From Eledone cirrhosa (Eukaryota): a stretch of 64,000 bases of DNA. Of this stretch, positions 60,170 through 64,000 are shown one piece after another. Position 1 is the first letter of the stretch. Each line of letters begins with the position of its first letter. The stretch is taken from positions 311,240,001 through 311,304,000 of the forward strand of contig OZ024743.1 of the NCBI GenBank assembly GCA_964016885.1, written 5' to 3'. The notes below the pieces were generated by a model. That model searched no databases. It was not told where the DNA came from and was given only the letters and a program-made list of their open reading frames with translations. A program made the translations under genes and the position numbers.

Positions 60170-60483
60170 TATTCAGTGGTGACAGTCAAATTTGCAATTT
60201 TCAACTGTAATGAGATGGGTAAAATCTGTGCCTTATATACAGTAAAAAGGGGCTACAGAATGCTAAGTTTTGCAAACTGTATTTCAACCAATCGGTGTGT
60301 AGTTTCACTAGATTACTAAAGCTGATTGGTTTAGGCGTCACGGTTGGTTGAGCATGTCTAACGACTTCTATTTGACCCTATCCAAAGCATCAATTTTTTG
60401 CTATTCTTAGAAATGATGAAAATAGCATTTTCTAGGGTTATTATGAAAAATCTTCAGTAATCATGAACATCAACATTACATTA

Positions 60484-60597
<114 letters not shown>

Positions 60598-60947
60598 GGT
60601 AGTGGTAGTCGACATCGTCGTAGGCGTAGTCATAGTAGAAGTAATCCGCCTAAGCATTATTATTGTTCATTTTACTTGGATTGGAATTTATCAATAAAAT
60701 ATATATATATATATGAACAAAATTAAATATATTCTGCTAATATATTGAGTACCTTACTTACTGTGGTTACCCCCGATTGAACCCGGAACTCATGTATATG
60801 TATATATATTACCTTTTACACACATATATATATATATGTGTGTGTGTGTGTATGTGTGTAAAAAGTAAACAGAAATAACAACACAATCGGTACAGTATAC
60901 GGAAGGAATATATTAGGTTAACGCTTGAAATAGAAGGAAGAAGGTCT

Positions 60948-60983
60948 TCTTAACGTTTCGGACGCTAGTCCTTCATTGGAAGA
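60948..60983 (-). ncRNA. Minimal hammerhead (family B), core mutated to CCAATGA
   Basis: RC: tctt ccaatga a ggac tagc gtcc GAAA cgTTA aga. Confidence 0.5.
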
Positions 60984-61344
60984 AAGAATGAGAAATAAGA
61001 TAGATTGAAGGGACGGGCGGAGTGGAATTGGAAAAAATGTCTTATATAAAAATGACAGGGCCATTCATGTTGTGATGTACTCAAGCGCCGAAATGTTATA
61101 AAAATAGCTCATAATATAGGGTGAAGACGCTAAAAAGAAGGCCGGATTGAATGTTTCGTGAATATATCAAAGAAACGTAACGGAATCCGGTCTTCTTTTT
61201 TCATCGTACTATTTAACACGACAAGATACCAAATCTAGGATGGATGTTACGCACAACGTTAAGTGCTTTGGATAATTGCATCATGATCTGCTGGTGGCAA
61301 TGGCAAGATCAACACATCAGCTAAACCATCCAACATAAACAGCA

Positions 61345-61426
<82 letters not shown>

Positions 61427-61684
61427 CACACACACACACACACTAACACACGTTCTAGACGCAAACTCAACCAGTTGCAGGCTGCGCATCAGCATGAGAT
61501 CATTTTTCCTCACACAGTTCGACAGCAGAGTTTAAAGAGCTAATGTCAAGTCCAGTCAATAAGGACATTATCAAGCCATCGTTTTGACTGCCGACCTCTG
61601 CTTGTCTTACCCGCCAACTTTCCTTCTTGGCATAACTCACTCACACCACGAGTTGATCTTTCATATAAAAAGATCAACACTCGA

Positions 61685-62112
<428 letters not shown>

Positions 62113-62389
62113 AACAGTCGAAGCTATAAAAAACAGTTAGACCATTACTCACCAGAGTACTCGATACTTGGGGTAGTACAGTAGCTAATATAAAAAATTC
62201 GGGACCCCGACGGTTGATCGATAGTGAAACATATTTAATGTTATTAAATATGATATGACGCAACACTGAATCATTGTTCCTTTATTCTTATAGAATTATA
62301 CTCTGCTCTGCGAGGGCATCGAGTGCTCAACCGGCATGCCGCCTACGGACGCATTTATCTTTCAACCTTACAACTATATATATATATAT

Positions 62390-62642
62390 AAAGAATGAAT
62401 AATAAAGCAGGTAGACATCATAAAAAGGTCATTTATTCCGAGTGCTTACAAATGTTTCTACAGTAGTTACACAGCTTAGTCATGCGATGTGCAAATTGGT
62501 AGTTATTTACTTTCAGAAATTCAATTTTCAAAAGCTGTTTATTCTACCGTGTCTTCAGAGCAAATGTAAAATCCCTTGTATTTCTGAAAGGAAGTTATTG
62601 GGGAAGATAGAGTAAAAAAAGAAAGAGAGAAAGAAGGGGAGA

Positions 62643-62710
<68 letters not shown>

Positions 62711-64000
62711 TGTAGGGGTCGGAGAGAGTGGTTTGAAGAATACAGATAGCTTAATCTGTTTGGGATTATTTATTTCCACAGCGAGCAGGTTGATAGATGT
62801 GGAGAAGGAGGGAGGTTTACAGAAAGCGAGAGAGAGAGAGAGAAAGGGAAAGAGAGAAAGAAAAAGAGAGAGAGAGAGGACAGAAAAAACTACGAGAAAG
62901 GGAAGGAAAGGCGGTATACACCAATTTCGTAGTTGTGGTTTGCTGATCGCACTCAAGTATCCATTTATTCTGATAAGCAGGGTAGTGGCTTTTAGTGTGT
63001 GTCTGTGGGGGGGGGGGGGGTATAGTTAGGAAGTAGTTATTGAGTGAAATTAGTTAGCGAGAAAATGGTGTTGTAGTCTCGGGTTCGTATGTTAAGTTAT
63101 TTTATAGTGAGAAAATTTAGTCTTCAGTTTGTGGTTGCAGTATAACGATCGCTCGATTCTGTCATTTAGTAATTTGTTTTGGGATTTCAGGATATAAAAG
63201 AGTTCAAGGTTGTATAATCTGCAGTACTTCATTCCACTCCGATATGCACTAGCGCTGGATAATTTATCCCACTTCAAGGTGAACTGCCGGTTACATTCGC
63301 GCAGTTGCCAGGTCTTATTGGCGAGCGTGGTTACAAAACGGTGTTCAGGATTTTCAATCGAAAATCGATGACGATACCAGCGAGATTTAAAGGAGGTAGT
63401 GGTAGACCCGATGTAATACCATTTCTGGTCGTTCGATTCGACAGTGCATTGATAAACAATGTTGGACTCTAGGCATTTATTCTTCAATGGGCATCTTTCG
63501 GGTAGGTGGCAGTTGCAGTTTTTGTTATGGGTAACAGCTGTATCATGGATAGGTTGGGATAACAGTTCAGGTGGGTTGTGTAATACCCGTCTCCCATTTG
63601 GTGGTTGGGAGGTTGATATTACGTTATGCCCATCTGTTTCTAAAATATTTTGTTTTGTAGTGTTGTTTAATAATTGCTTTAAGTTAAGTTTTTTTATGTA
63701 TGCTTCAAGGTTTGGTGCAGTGGAATATGATAGCTTAACAGTCTTAGAGTTTAGAATGTTACTGTATTTATGGGAATTAGGGAAATGCTTGTTAATTAAC
63801 TTAAAGAATGAAAGAGATCGTTTCGTACTAATCGAAGCATTAAAAATGGGATTATACCAGATATACTTTCTACAACGTAATTTATTTGAGTTTGGTGATG
63901 ATTTTCTATTATTAGTATGTCTGGTGGTATTGCATGTGCGCGCTTGTATTTCTGTACCCCGGTTACATATTCTTTGATTTCGTGTGTTGCTATGTGTGCT
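62390..64000 (-). mobile_element. Penelope-like element 3' part (GIY-YIG), runs off the window
   Basis: CNCHLPERCPLKNKCLESNIVYQC..YYIGST..FKSRWYRH..CNHK in 63092-63520. Confidence 0.9.
62443..62562 (-). ncRNA. Type I hammerhead with ~75 nt stem II insertion (family I)
   Basis: RC: tgct CTGAAGA c acggtag [...] ctactgt a GAAA catttg TA agca, downstream of the minus-strand Penelope ORF. Confidence 0.6.

Overview
AT-rich eukaryotic intergenic or intronic DNA made almost entirely of decayed transposable elements nested in (TA)n/(CA)n/(GA)n microsatellites. The SINE, RTE and Penelope mix resembles an octopus/cephalopod genome (inference). I found no convincing host protein-coding gene. Contents: a disrupted Rep/PIF1 Helitron plus three non-autonomous Helitrons with TC...CTAG ends; at least seven Penelope-like element (PLE) fragments, one near full length with pseudo-LTRs; RTE, Tx1 and CRE LINE remnants; tRNA-derived SINEs; and pogo/Tigger-like ends. 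The main hidden layer is RNA. About 18 type I hammerhead ribozyme (HHR) motifs from about 9 unrelated repeat families can be folded by eye, several with long stem II insertions. In addition, two otherwise dissimilar ~560-650 bp terminally redundant repeats (30189-30856, 31815-32540) carry the hammerhead core segments in an order matching none of types I/II/III. Stem I forms as a pseudoknot and, in one family, a standard kink-turn lies next to stem III. This is a candidate undescribed ribozyme topology. All RNA structures are manual pairings with no activity data; coordinates were counted by hand and element edges are approximate.
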